Positions 51,025 through 61,981 of a DNA stretch of 64,000 nt are shown here, piece after piece. The first letter of the stretch is position 1. The number at the start of each line of letters is the position of its first letter. Origin of the DNA: an uncultured Spirochaetota bacterium (lineage in GTDB: Bacteria > Spirochaetota > Spirochaetia > SZUA-6 > Fen-1364); assembly GCA_963734545.1 (NCBI GenBank), contig CAVTHO010000006.1, positions 64,001-128,000 of the forward strand, given 5' to 3'. The translations under genes and the position numbers were made by a program. The notes beneath the pieces were generated by a model. The model did no database searches, was not told the origin of the DNA, and saw nothing but the letters and a program-made list of their open reading frames with translations.

Positions 51025-52020
51025 ATGGCGCGCTCCCTCGCGTCCTTTTCCGTGCTCCTCGTTGTCCTCGCCCTGGGCGCAGAAGCGAACGCGGATCCCC
51101 TGCGCTACGTGAATCCGATTGTCCGGCAGCGCGCCGATCCGTGGATCTACCGGCACACGGACGAGTCTTACTATTTCACCGCTTCGGTCCCCGAATACGA
51201 TCGGATCGAGCTCCGCCGCGCCGGCACGATTCGGGAGCTCGGATCCACATCACCGACGGTCATCTGGAGAAGACACGAGACCGGGGTCATGAGCGCCAAC
51301 GTCTGGGCGCCGGAAATCCACTTCATCGACGGCGCGTGGTACATCTATTTTGCCGCTGCGCGGACGGGGGCGCCGTTCGACCACAGGATCTACGTACTGG
51401 AGAACACCTCGGCAAATCCCCTGCTCGGTGAGTGGCGGGAAAAGGGGCAGATCGTCACGAACTGGAGCTCCTTCTCCCTGGATGCCACCGAGTTCGCGCA
51501 CCGCGGCGTTCACTACCTTGTCTGGGCGCAGAGAGGTCCCCGCATCCCGGGCAACAGCAGCCTCTATATCGCCGCCATGAGCAACCCATGGACCATCAGC
51601 GGCATGCAGTCCCGCATATCGCAGCCGCAGTACGCGTGGGAGAAGATCGGCTTCCGGGTGAACGAGGGTCCGGCAGTCCTCGTCAGGAACGGCCGGGTGT
51701 TCATCACCTATTCGGCCAGTGCGACGGACGCCAACTACTGCATGGGGATGCTCACCGCCTCCGAAGACGCGGATCTGCTCGATCCCGGCTCGTGGAGCAA
51801 GAGCGCGGCACCGGTCTTCCAGACGGACGCGGCGGCGGGCGTCTACGGTCCCGGGCACAACAGCTTTACGGTGGACGGGCCCCACGACGTGCTCATTTAC
51901 CATGCCCGGTCCTATCGTGACATACAGGGCGATCCGCTGTACGACCCGAATCGGGATACGCGCGCCCAGGTGCTGGACTGGAACACGGACGGGACTCCCT
52001 GTTTTGGAAGCCCGCAATGA
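51025..52020 (+). CDS. GH43 alpha-L-arabinofuranosidase (exo-1,5 type)
   Basis: NPIVRQRADPWI, TASVPEYDRIELR, WAPEIH, LDAT, VNEGP, GPGHNSFT, YHAR; signal peptide. Confidence 0.9.
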   Translation: MARSLASFSVLLVVLALGAEANADPLRYVNPIVRQRADPWIYRHTDESYYFTASVPEYDRIELRRAGTIRELGSTSPTVIWRRHETGVMSANVWAPEIHFIDGAWYIYFAAARTGAPFDHRIYVLENTSANPLLGEWREKGQIVTNWSSFSLDATEFAHRGVHYLVWAQRGPRIPGNSSLYIAAMSNPWTISGMQSRISQPQYAWEKIGFRVNEGPAVLVRNGRVFITYSASATDANYCMGMLTASEDADLLDPGSWSKSAAPVFQTDAAAGVYGPGHNSFTVDGPHDVLIYHARSYRDIQGDPLYDPNRDTRAQVLDWNTDGTPCFGSPQ

Positions 52021-52102
52021 GCCCGGGAAACGCCGCGGGAGAAGCGGCCCGGATTCATGGCCCGGCAGGAACGATATTCTGGCACGGAAGGAGCACACAC
52101 TC

Positions 52103-53618
<1,516 letters not shown>

Positions 53619-53695
53619 GCCGCGAGCGTGTCGGGCATGGCAAGCAAAGGACCGTCGGGCCCACGCGTGGACAGCCGCGCTTCGCGCGGCGCTCC

Positions 53696-54625
53696 CTAGA
53701 GGTACAACCTCAGGACGATGTCCTGGTCGTAATTGCCGAAACCGCGTCCGAATATGTTCATGCCCCCGACGTTCTGCGCATCTTCCTTGATGCCGAGCCT
53801 CACCTTGATCGAGTGGTGCTCGGAGAGCTTCAAATCCGCCACCGTCACCTGTGAGACCTGCACCCCGTCGATGTAGGAGCCGTCGTCGCTTATGCTCCAG
53901 ACCTTGTTCAAGCCGTACTGCGACCCCTCCAGCTTCCACCACTCGGGAGTATATGTTCCCCTCTTGTCCCCGTAGTCCCCGGGAGAGATCCATGTGCCGA
54001 TCTCCACCCCGTTCACCCACAACGTGATATCGGAGCGCCAGTGGGGGTTGGTGCCGGGCGTCTCGGAAGAGAGCTCCGCAGTGACCTCCAGCCTCCGCAC
54101 GGGCTTCTCCTGGTAGAGCGCATTGTTGGGGAACTGGTAGACGACAAACCCCTTCTCGAACCACAGGAGCCCCGCTTTTACGCGTTCGGGCTCCAGGAAA
54201 GAGGCGGGCGTGTCCAGGTAGCCGATTATCTTTTCCGTCGAGCACATGCCGCAGGGGGGCGACACCTTGTACTCGATGAAGAGACCGATCGGCATCTCGA
54301 CCTCGATGGCGTCATTGACTGCTTTCGGCTCCGTGAACTCGATGATGAACTCGTCGTAGAGGGCGGAACAGACCTTCTGCGTGCCCTTGAACGCCTTCAG
54401 GCTCCTGGTCTCGATGAGCCGCGCATCTTCGAGAAGCATGATATTCGTGGCGATTGTCGACTGGGGAAGACCCATCTCCTGCGTTATCTCGTTCACGTTC
54501 TTGTCACCCTTGCGCAGGATCTCGAGGATCTTGAGACGCACGTCGGAAGCCAGTCCTTTCAGCGCCTTGAAATCCTGGGGAAGCTGGATGATCATTATTC
54601 TTCCGTTATTCTTTTCGTGACTCAC
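53696..54625 (-). CDS. ArsR-type HTH regulator with large C-terminal domain (COG4189-like)
   Basis: LKGLASDVRLKIL wHTH; MPIG, PPCG, ELSSE.PG, W.SPGDYG..RG..TP.WW, SQYG, FGRGFGNY.QDI. Confidence 0.85.
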   Translation of the reverse strand: MSHEKNNGRIMIIQLPQDFKALKGLASDVRLKILEILRKGDKNVNEITQEMGLPQSTIATNIMLLEDARLIETRSLKAFKGTQKVCSALYDEFIIEFTEPKAVNDAIEVEMPIGLFIEYKVSPPCGMCSTEKIIGYLDTPASFLEPERVKAGLLWFEKGFVVYQFPNNALYQEKPVRRLEVTAELSSETPGTNPHWRSDITLWVNGVEIGTWISPGDYGDKRGTYTPEWWKLEGSQYGLNKVWSISDDGSYIDGVQVSQVTVADLKLSEHHSIKVRLGIKEDAQNVGGMNIFGRGFGNYDQDIVLRLYL

Positions 54626-54921
54626 AAATGCTCACCTCATCAGCATGTCCGAATTAATATCGCCGATTATAATATCATTTTTTGTGATTTATTCAACCCA
54701 AGACATGGAAGAAACGACCTTTTTCAGGCTTATTTTCAGCGATTTTGATAAACATCACAATTGATGGCCCGAACCATGCCTCGAGGTCCCTGCTGACCCG
54801 AAGCGCCGACAGCTGGCTTCTTGACGCACGCGGCGGAACTAACTAGACTCGGGCCAATTCGGACAGCGGGTCCAGATGGACCGATACCGATATTCCACCC
54901 CCAGACGGAGAAGAACGTCCT

Positions 54922-56149
54922 ATGGCCAAACTGACAGGAAAAGTGCTTATTGCGCAGGGCGGGGGCCCCACCGCGGTCATCAACCAGTCTCTCGTGGGCG
55001 CCGTGCTCGAGTCACGGAAGTTCCCCGAAGTCACGCGAGTATACGGAGCCACCAATGGCGTCCGCGGCATCGTGAACGAGGATTTTCTCGATCTTTCGCA
55101 GGAGACCACGCACAACCTCGAACAGGTTGCGATGACCCCTTCCAGCGCGCTCCTGTCCACCCGGGACAAGCCGGATGACGCGTACTGCCGGGAAATCTTC
55201 AAGGTCTGCCAGGCGCACGACGTGCGCTACTTCTGCTACATCGGCGGAAACGACAGCGCGGATACGGTGCGCATCGTCAACATAAATGCGGAAAGCGCGG
55301 GCTACGACATGCGCTGCATCCACATCCCCAAGACCGTGGACAATGACCTGGTGGTGAACGACCACACGCCCGGATTCGGGTCTGCCGCGCGCTACGTGGC
55401 GCAGGCATTCATGGGCTACAACCTGGACAACCGGGCGCTGCCCGGGCGTGTTCATCGGCGTGGTGATGGGCCGCAACGCCGGTTTCCTCACCGCCTCATC
55501 GACACTGGGACGCAAGTACCCTGACGACGGGCCGCACCACGTGTACGTCCCGGAGCGGCCCTTTTCGGAGGAGCAGTTCCTTCGCGACGTGAAGACCACC
55601 ATGGACCTGCACGGCCGGTGCGTCGTGGCAGTGAGCGAGGGGATCCTGGACAAGGACGGCAAGCCGTTCATGACCAGGCTGACAGGGTCCAAGGAAGCCG
55701 ACGCGCACGGCAACCTGCAGCTCTCGGGCTCCGGCGCCCTGGGGGACATGCTGTCCGACCTCGTGAAAGAGAAGCTGAAGATCAAGCGCGTGCGGGCCGA
55801 CACCCTCGGCTACGCGCAGCGCTCGTACCTCGGCGTGGTCTCCGATGTCGACGCGCACGAGGCGCGCGAGGTCGGGGAGAAGGCGGCGCAGTTCGCGATC
55901 TGGCACGACGTGGACGGGTCCATCACGATCCAGCGGACGGGCAACTACTCGGTCGATTACCGCATCGTCCCGCTGGAGGAAATTGCGGCAAAGACGAAGA
56001 CCATGCCGAAGGAGTTCCTCACGGCAGAGGGAAACGACACGACATGGGATTTCTACAACTACGGCCGGCCGCTGCTCGGCTCGGGGTTCCCCAATGTCCA
56101 CCGCATCCGGGCCCCGAAGGTGGCGAAGATACTCAAGAACGACAAGTAG
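54922..56149 (+). CDS. 6-phosphofructokinase, probably PPi-dependent (frameshift near 55445)
   Basis: QGGGPTAVIN, YIGGNDS (Asp at the PPi-determining position), PKTVDND, MGRNAG, DTLGYAQRS. Confidence 0.9.
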
Positions 56150-56227
56150 GGCCGCGGGCGGCAAGATAGGGCCGCAAGCGGCAAGATAGGGCCGCAAGCG
56201 GCGATAGCGCAGGGCCCTAGGGCCCTG
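56147..56227. repeat. About 3 x 20 bp tandem hairpin repeat plus an 18 bp perfect palindrome
   Basis: TAGGGCCGC(GG/AA)GCGGCAAGA units start at the PFK stop codon; CAGGGCCCTAGGGCCCTG at 56210-56227. Confidence 0.85.
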
Positions 56228-56229
56228 GC

Positions 56230-57637
56230 TCAGCGCGTTCCGCCGTAGCCGAACAGCTTCCTCTCCTTGATGACCGCAACCACCTTGTCGGGAACCAGCG
56301 CCTCCCATGCAGGATCCCCCTGCTGTATCCGCGCAAGGACCGCATGCGGCAGAACCGACAGGTCCGCATCCGCGGGAGCGGGGATGTCCTCCAGGTAACG
56401 GTTCTCGAGAAGGTATTCATAGAGGTGGCGCAGGGGGGCAGGCACCTTGAAGGTGACTGCCGTGACCGTCTCTCCGGTGTTGTTCTTCCACGGGTAGATG
56501 TAGAGCCGGACAGGTCCCCCGAGCAGCTGACCCAGGGCTTCCAGGATTCCCCCCGCGAGGTCCCCGTAGTGCTTCTCCTCGAGGATCTGCGCCATTGTGG
56601 GCACGCCCAGCACCATCCCGATGCGCTCGTTCGTGTAGCGCCGAAGGTACGTGGTGACGCTGTGGAATCGCGAATAGTTCGAGATCATCACGGTCCTGCC
56701 CAGGGCGCGCAGCGTGTCCATCCGGGCAAGAAAGTCGGCATGCTCCACCTGCTCGCCCAGCGCCAGGAGGTTGCGGAGGGTCATCTCCATGAGCACGACC
56801 GGCTCGCGGCCCTGCATGTCCGGCTCGCTCCGCATGCGCTGGAGAGAGCGCTCCAGCATGTCGAGGGTGACCCGGGTGATGGGGCGGAAGCTGCCGCGCT
56901 CTATCAGGACGGGCGCGTGGTAGAGAAGCTCCGCGGGCTCCACCACCTCTCCGTCCGGCGCGAACAGGGCCGCATTGGTCAGACGCTGCTGGACAAGCTG
57001 CAGGCTCATGAGCCGGTTGTCCACTCCCTCGAACGCCGGTCCGGAGAACCGGATCATGTCCACTTCCATCCTGTCCCGGGTCAGCCCGTCCATGAGGGAG
57101 CCGATGAGGACCTCCGGCCGCGCGTGCTCGTTGAATGCGCCGTGGATCAGGTTGACGCCCAGCACGCCCAGCGCCTCCTGCTGGCGCGCATTTTCCTGGT
57201 CCCACATGCGGGCATGGATGATGATCTCCGACGGCCGCGCGCGCGGCTCCGCCTGGAAGCGGATACCCAGCCAGCCCTGTCCCTCCTCCTGGCGGGAATA
57301 GCTCCGGGCCGTCACCGTGTCCGCGAACACGAAAAACTTCGTCGTGGAGCCGCGTGTCGCTTCCAGCCGCTCCAGGAGCAGGCCCCATTCGTGGTCCAGC
57401 ATCGATTGGAGGCGCTGCCGGCTCACGTAGCGCTTGCCCGGAACCGTACACGGCGTCCGACACGGCCATGTCGTAGGCGGAGATGGTCTTGGCAACCGTG
57501 GCGGCGGCGCCTCCGACGTGAAAGAACCAGCGCGCCACTTCCTGGCCCGCGCCGATCTCCGCAAAGGTTCCGTACCGGGCGGCGTCGATGTTGATGCCCA
57601 GCGCCTTGTCGTGCGTGCTCAGCGCGCTCATCCCCAT
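56230..57637 (-). CDS. Conserved protein of unknown function with degenerate nucleotidyltransferase-like C-terminus (frameshift near 57440)
   Basis: YGTFAEIGAGQEVARWFF, SAYDM..SDA.YG, FFVFADTV, RGSFRP, WEALVP..V..VIKERKLFGY. Confidence 0.8.
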
Positions 57638-57726
57638 GGACAAGAGTATGCATCCGGCGCGCAAAAACGGCCAGCCCTTGACGCATTGCGGCGCGTCCCT
57701 ATCATGGCACCCAGAGGAGAGCGGAT

Positions 57727-58293
57727 GTGAAGACGAACGTCGGAAGCGGAGACCGCGGGATGACGAGCCTCCTGAGCGGTGAGCGGGTGCCGAAGAGCCA
57801 CGCGCGGATCGAGGCGTGCGGCGAGCTGGACGAGCTTGCGTCAGTGCTCGGCGCGTGCGCGGCGGCGCTTTTCCCCGCGCACGCCGCGCTCCAGCGGGAG
57901 ATCCAGGGCGTCCAGGGCGATCTCCTGCACATCGGCGCGTGGCTCGCCACGAGCCCCGGCTCGCCGACCCGCGCGATGCTGCGCACGGCAGCTCCCGACC
58001 GGATACGGGAGATGGAGGACGCAATCGACAGGCTGGAAGCGGAGCTTCCCCCACTTCAAAGCTTTGTGCTGCCGGGGGGACACATCAGCGCGGCCTGGGC
58101 GCACATTGCCCGGACCGTCTGCCGCCGGGCCGAGCGGCGCGTCCAGTCTCTTGCCGCCGATGCCGGGGAAACCGCGGGCGAGCCACCGGGAGGGATCCTC
58201 CCCTATTTGAACAGACTCTCCACGTATCTCTTTGCCCTTGCGCGCTGGTGCAACAAGGTACAGGGTGTGCCTGACGCGACGTGGAAGGGATGA
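57727..58293 (+). CDS. PduO-type ATP:cob(I)alamin adenosyltransferase
   Basis: GD.G.T.L..GERVPK...RIEA.G.LDEL, FVLPGG, ARTVCRRAER, YLNRLS.YLF.LAR. Confidence 0.93.
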   Translation: MKTNVGSGDRGMTSLLSGERVPKSHARIEACGELDELASVLGACAAALFPAHAALQREIQGVQGDLLHIGAWLATSPGSPTRAMLRTAAPDRIREMEDAIDRLEAELPPLQSFVLPGGHISAAWAHIARTVCRRAERRVQSLAADAGETAGEPPGGILPYLNRLSTYLFALARWCNKVQGVPDATWKG

Positions 58294-58946
58294 ACACGGG
58301 GCGCGCCGACCTCTTCACGACGAGCCTGCGGGGCCGCACATGGCTCTCGGAGAGGGCTTTCCAGATCGAGCTGGATCGTCCCAGCGGCTTTCGATTCCTG
58401 CCCGGTCAGAGCATCACGCTGGCGAGCGGGTCCGTGGAAAGGGACTACTCCGTTGCGTGCGCGCCGGATTCGGCCCGCCTGACGCTTTGCGTACGCCGGG
58501 TTCCTCATGGGCTTCTTTCGTCATTGCTCGCCGCTGCCCCTCTGGGAACATCCCTCACATTCACCGGCCCCCACGGCTATTTTCTCTTTCGCCAGTCGCC
58601 TCGTCCCGCAGTCTTTGTGGCAACCGGGACGGGCGTGGCTCCCTTTCTTTCGATGGCAGGCGCGGGCGTCAGCGGCTTTACGATGCTCCACGGCGCGCGC
58701 AATGCGAACGAGCTCTACTATGAGAAACATCTCCGCGCGGCGTCGGCACAATACGTGCCTTGCCTCACGGAGGGAACGGTCCCCGGGTGCTTCACCGGCC
58801 GTGTCAGCGCCTGGGCGCGGGAGCGCCTGGCTCCGCAGGCATATGACTTCTACCTGTGCGGAAGCCGCGAAATGATCCGTGACGTCACGCTTCTAGTGGA
58901 CGAACGATTCCCCGGCTCCCTGGTGCTCACGGAGATTTTCCACTAG
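58290..58946 (+). CDS. FNR-like FAD/NAD(P)H-binding oxidoreductase
   Basis: F.PGQ, RDYS, GPHG.F, VATGTGVAPF.SM, YLCGS..M, terminal EIFH; ATGA overlap with PduO. Confidence 0.9.
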   Translation: MNTGRADLFTTSLRGRTWLSERAFQIELDRPSGFRFLPGQSITLASGSVERDYSVACAPDSARLTLCVRRVPHGLLSSLLAAAPLGTSLTFTGPHGYFLFRQSPRPAVFVATGTGVAPFLSMAGAGVSGFTMLHGARNANELYYEKHLRAASAQYVPCLTEGTVPGCFTGRVSAWARERLAPQAYDFYLCGSREMIRDVTLLVDERFPGSLVLTEIFH

Positions 58947-58982
58947 ACAGGCTGCGGGCAGCAGGCTGCGGGGAGCGCTTCC

Positions 58983-60155
58983 CTAGAGAGACGGTATGCT
59001 CACGTGCTGGTTGACGTCAGCGGCGTAGTCCACACCGGGAGATTCGAAGCCGCAGATCCGGGAAAGCTCGGTGCGGTAGCTCGCGAAGTCGGCGATTTCC
59101 GCCAGGTTTTCCGTGTTCGCCAGGTCCCAGAGCTCCTGGACGCGCCCCTGGACCGCGGGGTCGAGCTCGAGCTCGTCGAGCCTGATCCGGCCCGCCTCGT
59201 CCACGGGGATCGTCCCTCCTGCGTACAGCCGGTCGCGGAAGAGGCGGTTCATCTGCTGAATGCACCCCTCATGAGTGCCGCGTTCCCTCATGACCTTGTA
59301 CAGGAGGGCGATGTACAGAGGCACGGAGGGGATCGCCGCGCTGGCCAGGGTCACCACTGCCTTGTTCACGGCTATCAGCGCCCTGCCCCCGATTGAGCCG
59401 AGCTCTGCGTCCAGAGAAAGGGCCGTGGCTTCCAGGTCCTCCTTGGCCCGGCCGATCGTGCCTTCGCGATAGATCGAGGAGGTGAGCGCGGGACCGATGT
59501 AGGAGTATGCCACCGTGATCGCGCCCGGAGCCAGGAGGCCGTCACGGCGAAGCGCCTCGATCCACAGGCGCCAATCTTCCCCGCCCATGACCGCGATGGT
59601 CCCCCTGATGTCTTCCTCCGTCGCCGGGGGGATCGTCGTCTCGTAGACCTCGCCGGTCTGCACATTGACCGTCTTGTTCGTGTAGGACCGGCCGATAGGG
59701 CGGAGCGCCGAGCTGTACTGTCCGCGGCGGGGAGCCGCGAGACTGTACACCACGAGGTCCACGGGCCCGGTGCGGGTGCGCACGAGATCCAGTGTCTGCC
59801 GCTTGATCTCCTCGGAGAATGCGTCCCCGTTCAGGCTCCACGCATTCAGGCCCGCCGCATGCGCCTGCTCCTCGAAGAAGGCGCTGTTGTACCACCCTGC
59901 AGAGGCGGTCCGATCCTCGTCGGCCGGCCGCTCGTAAAAGACTCCCACGGTGTCGGCACGGCTGCCGAACGCCGCGGTGATCCGCGAGGCAAGTCCGTAG
60001 CCGGTCGAAGCACCGAGGATGAGAGCCTTGCGAGGTCCGCGCGGGGCGGCCGGCTGTGAAGTGATATACGTTATCTGTTCCTGCACGTATTGCTCGCACC
60101 CCTGAGGATGCACGCTGAGGCACACGGCCCCGCGGATTCTACGTTGAATGCGCAT
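58983..60155 (-). CDS. fabV: Trans-2-enoyl-CoA/ACP reductase (FabV/Ter family)
   Basis: HPQGC, LGASTGYGLASRI, SAGWYN, NGDAFS, YSLAAP, VMGGEDW, Y..GTIG.AK, THEGCI.Q. Confidence 0.95.
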   Translation of the reverse strand: MRIQRRIRGAVCLSVHPQGCEQYVQEQITYITSQPAAPRGPRKALILGASTGYGLASRITAAFGSRADTVGVFYERPADEDRTASAGWYNSAFFEEQAHAAGLNAWSLNGDAFSEEIKRQTLDLVRTRTGPVDLVVYSLAAPRRGQYSSALRPIGRSYTNKTVNVQTGEVYETTIPPATEEDIRGTIAVMGGEDWRLWIEALRRDGLLAPGAITVAYSYIGPALTSSIYREGTIGRAKEDLEATALSLDAELGSIGGRALIAVNKAVVTLASAAIPSVPLYIALLYKVMRERGTHEGCIQQMNRLFRDRLYAGGTIPVDEAGRIRLDELELDPAVQGRVQELWDLANTENLAEIADFASYRTELSRICGFESPGVDYAADVNQHVSIPSL

Positions 60156-60257
60156 ACTGGAACATACTGATGAACGCGCGTGAGCGACGAGTGAAAAGTG
60201 CACCCGCCGCGCGCGCAATTATGAAAAGAGAGCGCCGCGATTCCCGCGGACCTGTGC

Positions 60258-61295
60258 TTATCCGGCGAAGGCGCTCATGAGCTGGGTGACCCGGTTTTCG
60301 CCGTTGGCGCTGTAGGCCCTGAGCAGCCCGCCCTCGGGAGCTTTGCCTTTCTCGAGCTGGTCGAGCATGAGGCGGGCAACGACCTCGGGGCCGATGACCA
60401 CATCGAGCTTCGTCAGTATTTCGGCGGCCCGCGCGATGGCTTCGGGCCTGACGTGGCGCTGGCCGTCAGCTCCCTTGGGATTGAGGAAGCCTACGAAACG
60501 CATGACGCCGCCCATGGCCAGCTGCGGGTCCTTTTCGAAGGTCTGCGCCACGATCTTGAAATCCTCCGTTCCGGTAAGCGGAGCGCCCAGGAGTCCCTTC
60601 AGGACTGCCGCCGGGGTCGAGCCGGCGGGAACGCCGGCCAGGCTGAGGACTTCCTTGTGCAGGGGATGTTTCGCGTCTCCACCGAAGGTCCTTGCGGCGC
60701 CCAGGAGGAGCATCCCGAAGACCGCCTCGTGCCGCGTCATCGGGGTATCGATGGCGCCCGGGGCGACCGCGAAGCCTTCGACGCCGAGCGCGCGGGCCTC
60801 GACGGTGGCGATCCTCCTCGCCTCGGCCTTGGTGGACTTGTACTCCTCGTCTCCCTTGACCGCGATTCCCTCCGCCGCCACGATCGAGCTCAGGCCGACA
60901 AAGAGGCCGCGGCCGGCCGGGATATCGCTCGCAAAGGCGCGCAGAAGGTTGAAGGTTCCGCCTTCGTTGATGTCCTTCATCAATTGGACCTGGACGGGAT
61001 CTCCCCGGCGGCTGATACCGGCGCAGGCAACGACGTTCAGCCTGTCCGGCGTCAGGCCCTTCTCCGTGAAGGACCGGACAGTGCGCGCGCGGAAGTCGGC
61101 CATCTGGTCCGGCTTCGTGACGTTGGCCTGGACATAGAGCGATTTCTCCGCCAGGAGGGATGGATCGACCTTGTCCGGCGCGATGACATCGCAGAAGGCG
61201 ACCGGCCATCCCCTGGCAAGCGCCGCTTTGACGGAGGCCGCGCCGATGCCGCTCGCGCCGCCGGTGATCACGAGTCCGTTCTTGAAGCTTCCCAT
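60258..61295 (-). CDS. Atypical SDR family oxidoreductase with a large insertion
   Basis: ITGGASGIG, ACAGIS, LSSI, YKSTK, VAPGAIDTPMT; 345 aa. Confidence 0.85.
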   Translation of the reverse strand: MGSFKNGLVITGGASGIGAASVKAALARGWPVAFCDVIAPDKVDPSLLAEKSLYVQANVTKPDQMADFRARTVRSFTEKGLTPDRLNVVACAGISRRGDPVQVQLMKDINEGGTFNLLRAFASDIPAGRGLFVGLSSIVAAEGIAVKGDEEYKSTKAEARRIATVEARALGVEGFAVAPGAIDTPMTRHEAVFGMLLLGAARTFGGDAKHPLHKEVLSLAGVPAGSTPAAVLKGLLGAPLTGTEDFKIVAQTFEKDPQLAMGGVMRFVGFLNPKGADGQRHVRPEAIARAAEILTKLDVVIGPEVVARLMLDQLEKGKAPEGGLLRAYSANGENRVTQLMSAFAG

Positions 61296-61463
61296 GTAAA
61301 TCCCCCTGGGTTCTTTTTCTGCAAGAAAATTCACCTCGCGCGACGGGCGCGGCTTCCGACAGCATGCCCGAGACGGCTCAGCGCAAGAATCAGAAGAAAA
61401 CTACCAGCTGTCAAGTTTTTGTTTCCCGCCGCGTCGAGAGCCGCCGCCGGCCGCGAGCGAGGA

Positions 61464-61886
61464 CTACAGCGAGGGCGCGTCCCCGATCAGGCAGAGCCAT
61501 TCGGCTTCCGCCGCAAGCTCGTCTCCCACGTATGCCTTTCCCGCCTGTCGGAGCATCGACTTGCTGACACGCAGGTTTCGCACCACGCAGCGCACCTCGT
61601 CGCCGGGCTTCACCTGCCGCCTGAACTTCGCCTTTTCCACGGCCGCGAGGAAGAATAGTCCCGAGCCGCCCGTCGCCATCCTCAGCCCCGCGCCGCCGCA
61701 CTGCGCGAGAGTCTCGATGAGGATCACTCCGGGAACCACCGGGTATTGCGGGAAATGTCCCGCGAAGAAAGGCTCCGCGCTCGTGAAGCGGCGATATGCC
61801 ACCACTTCCTCGGCATCCGCCTTCTCGATCCTGTCGACGAACAGGAAGGGATCCCTATGGGGAAGGAGAGACTTGATGTCGGTCAT
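61464..61886 (-). CDS. fabZ: 3-hydroxyacyl-ACP dehydratase
   Basis: LLPHRDPFLFVD, FFAGHFP..PVVPGVILIETLAQ, KFRRQVKPGD. Confidence 0.95.
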   Translation of the reverse strand: MTDIKSLLPHRDPFLFVDRIEKADAEEVVAYRRFTSAEPFFAGHFPQYPVVPGVILIETLAQCGGAGLRMATGGSGLFFLAAVEKAKFRRQVKPGDEVRCVVRNLRVSKSMLRQAGKAYVGDELAAEAEWLCLIGDAPSL

Positions 61887-61981
61887 GCCGGACAGAGTAC
61901 CACGAACCGCCGCGAATGGACACTGCCAGGAACCCGTTTACGCTCATGCTATACTTGCGTGATCGGCGCAGGAGGACGTGC

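Noticed and set aside
58948-58975. Short direct repeat caggctgcggg x2
   Set aside because: Too short and low in copy number to interpret.
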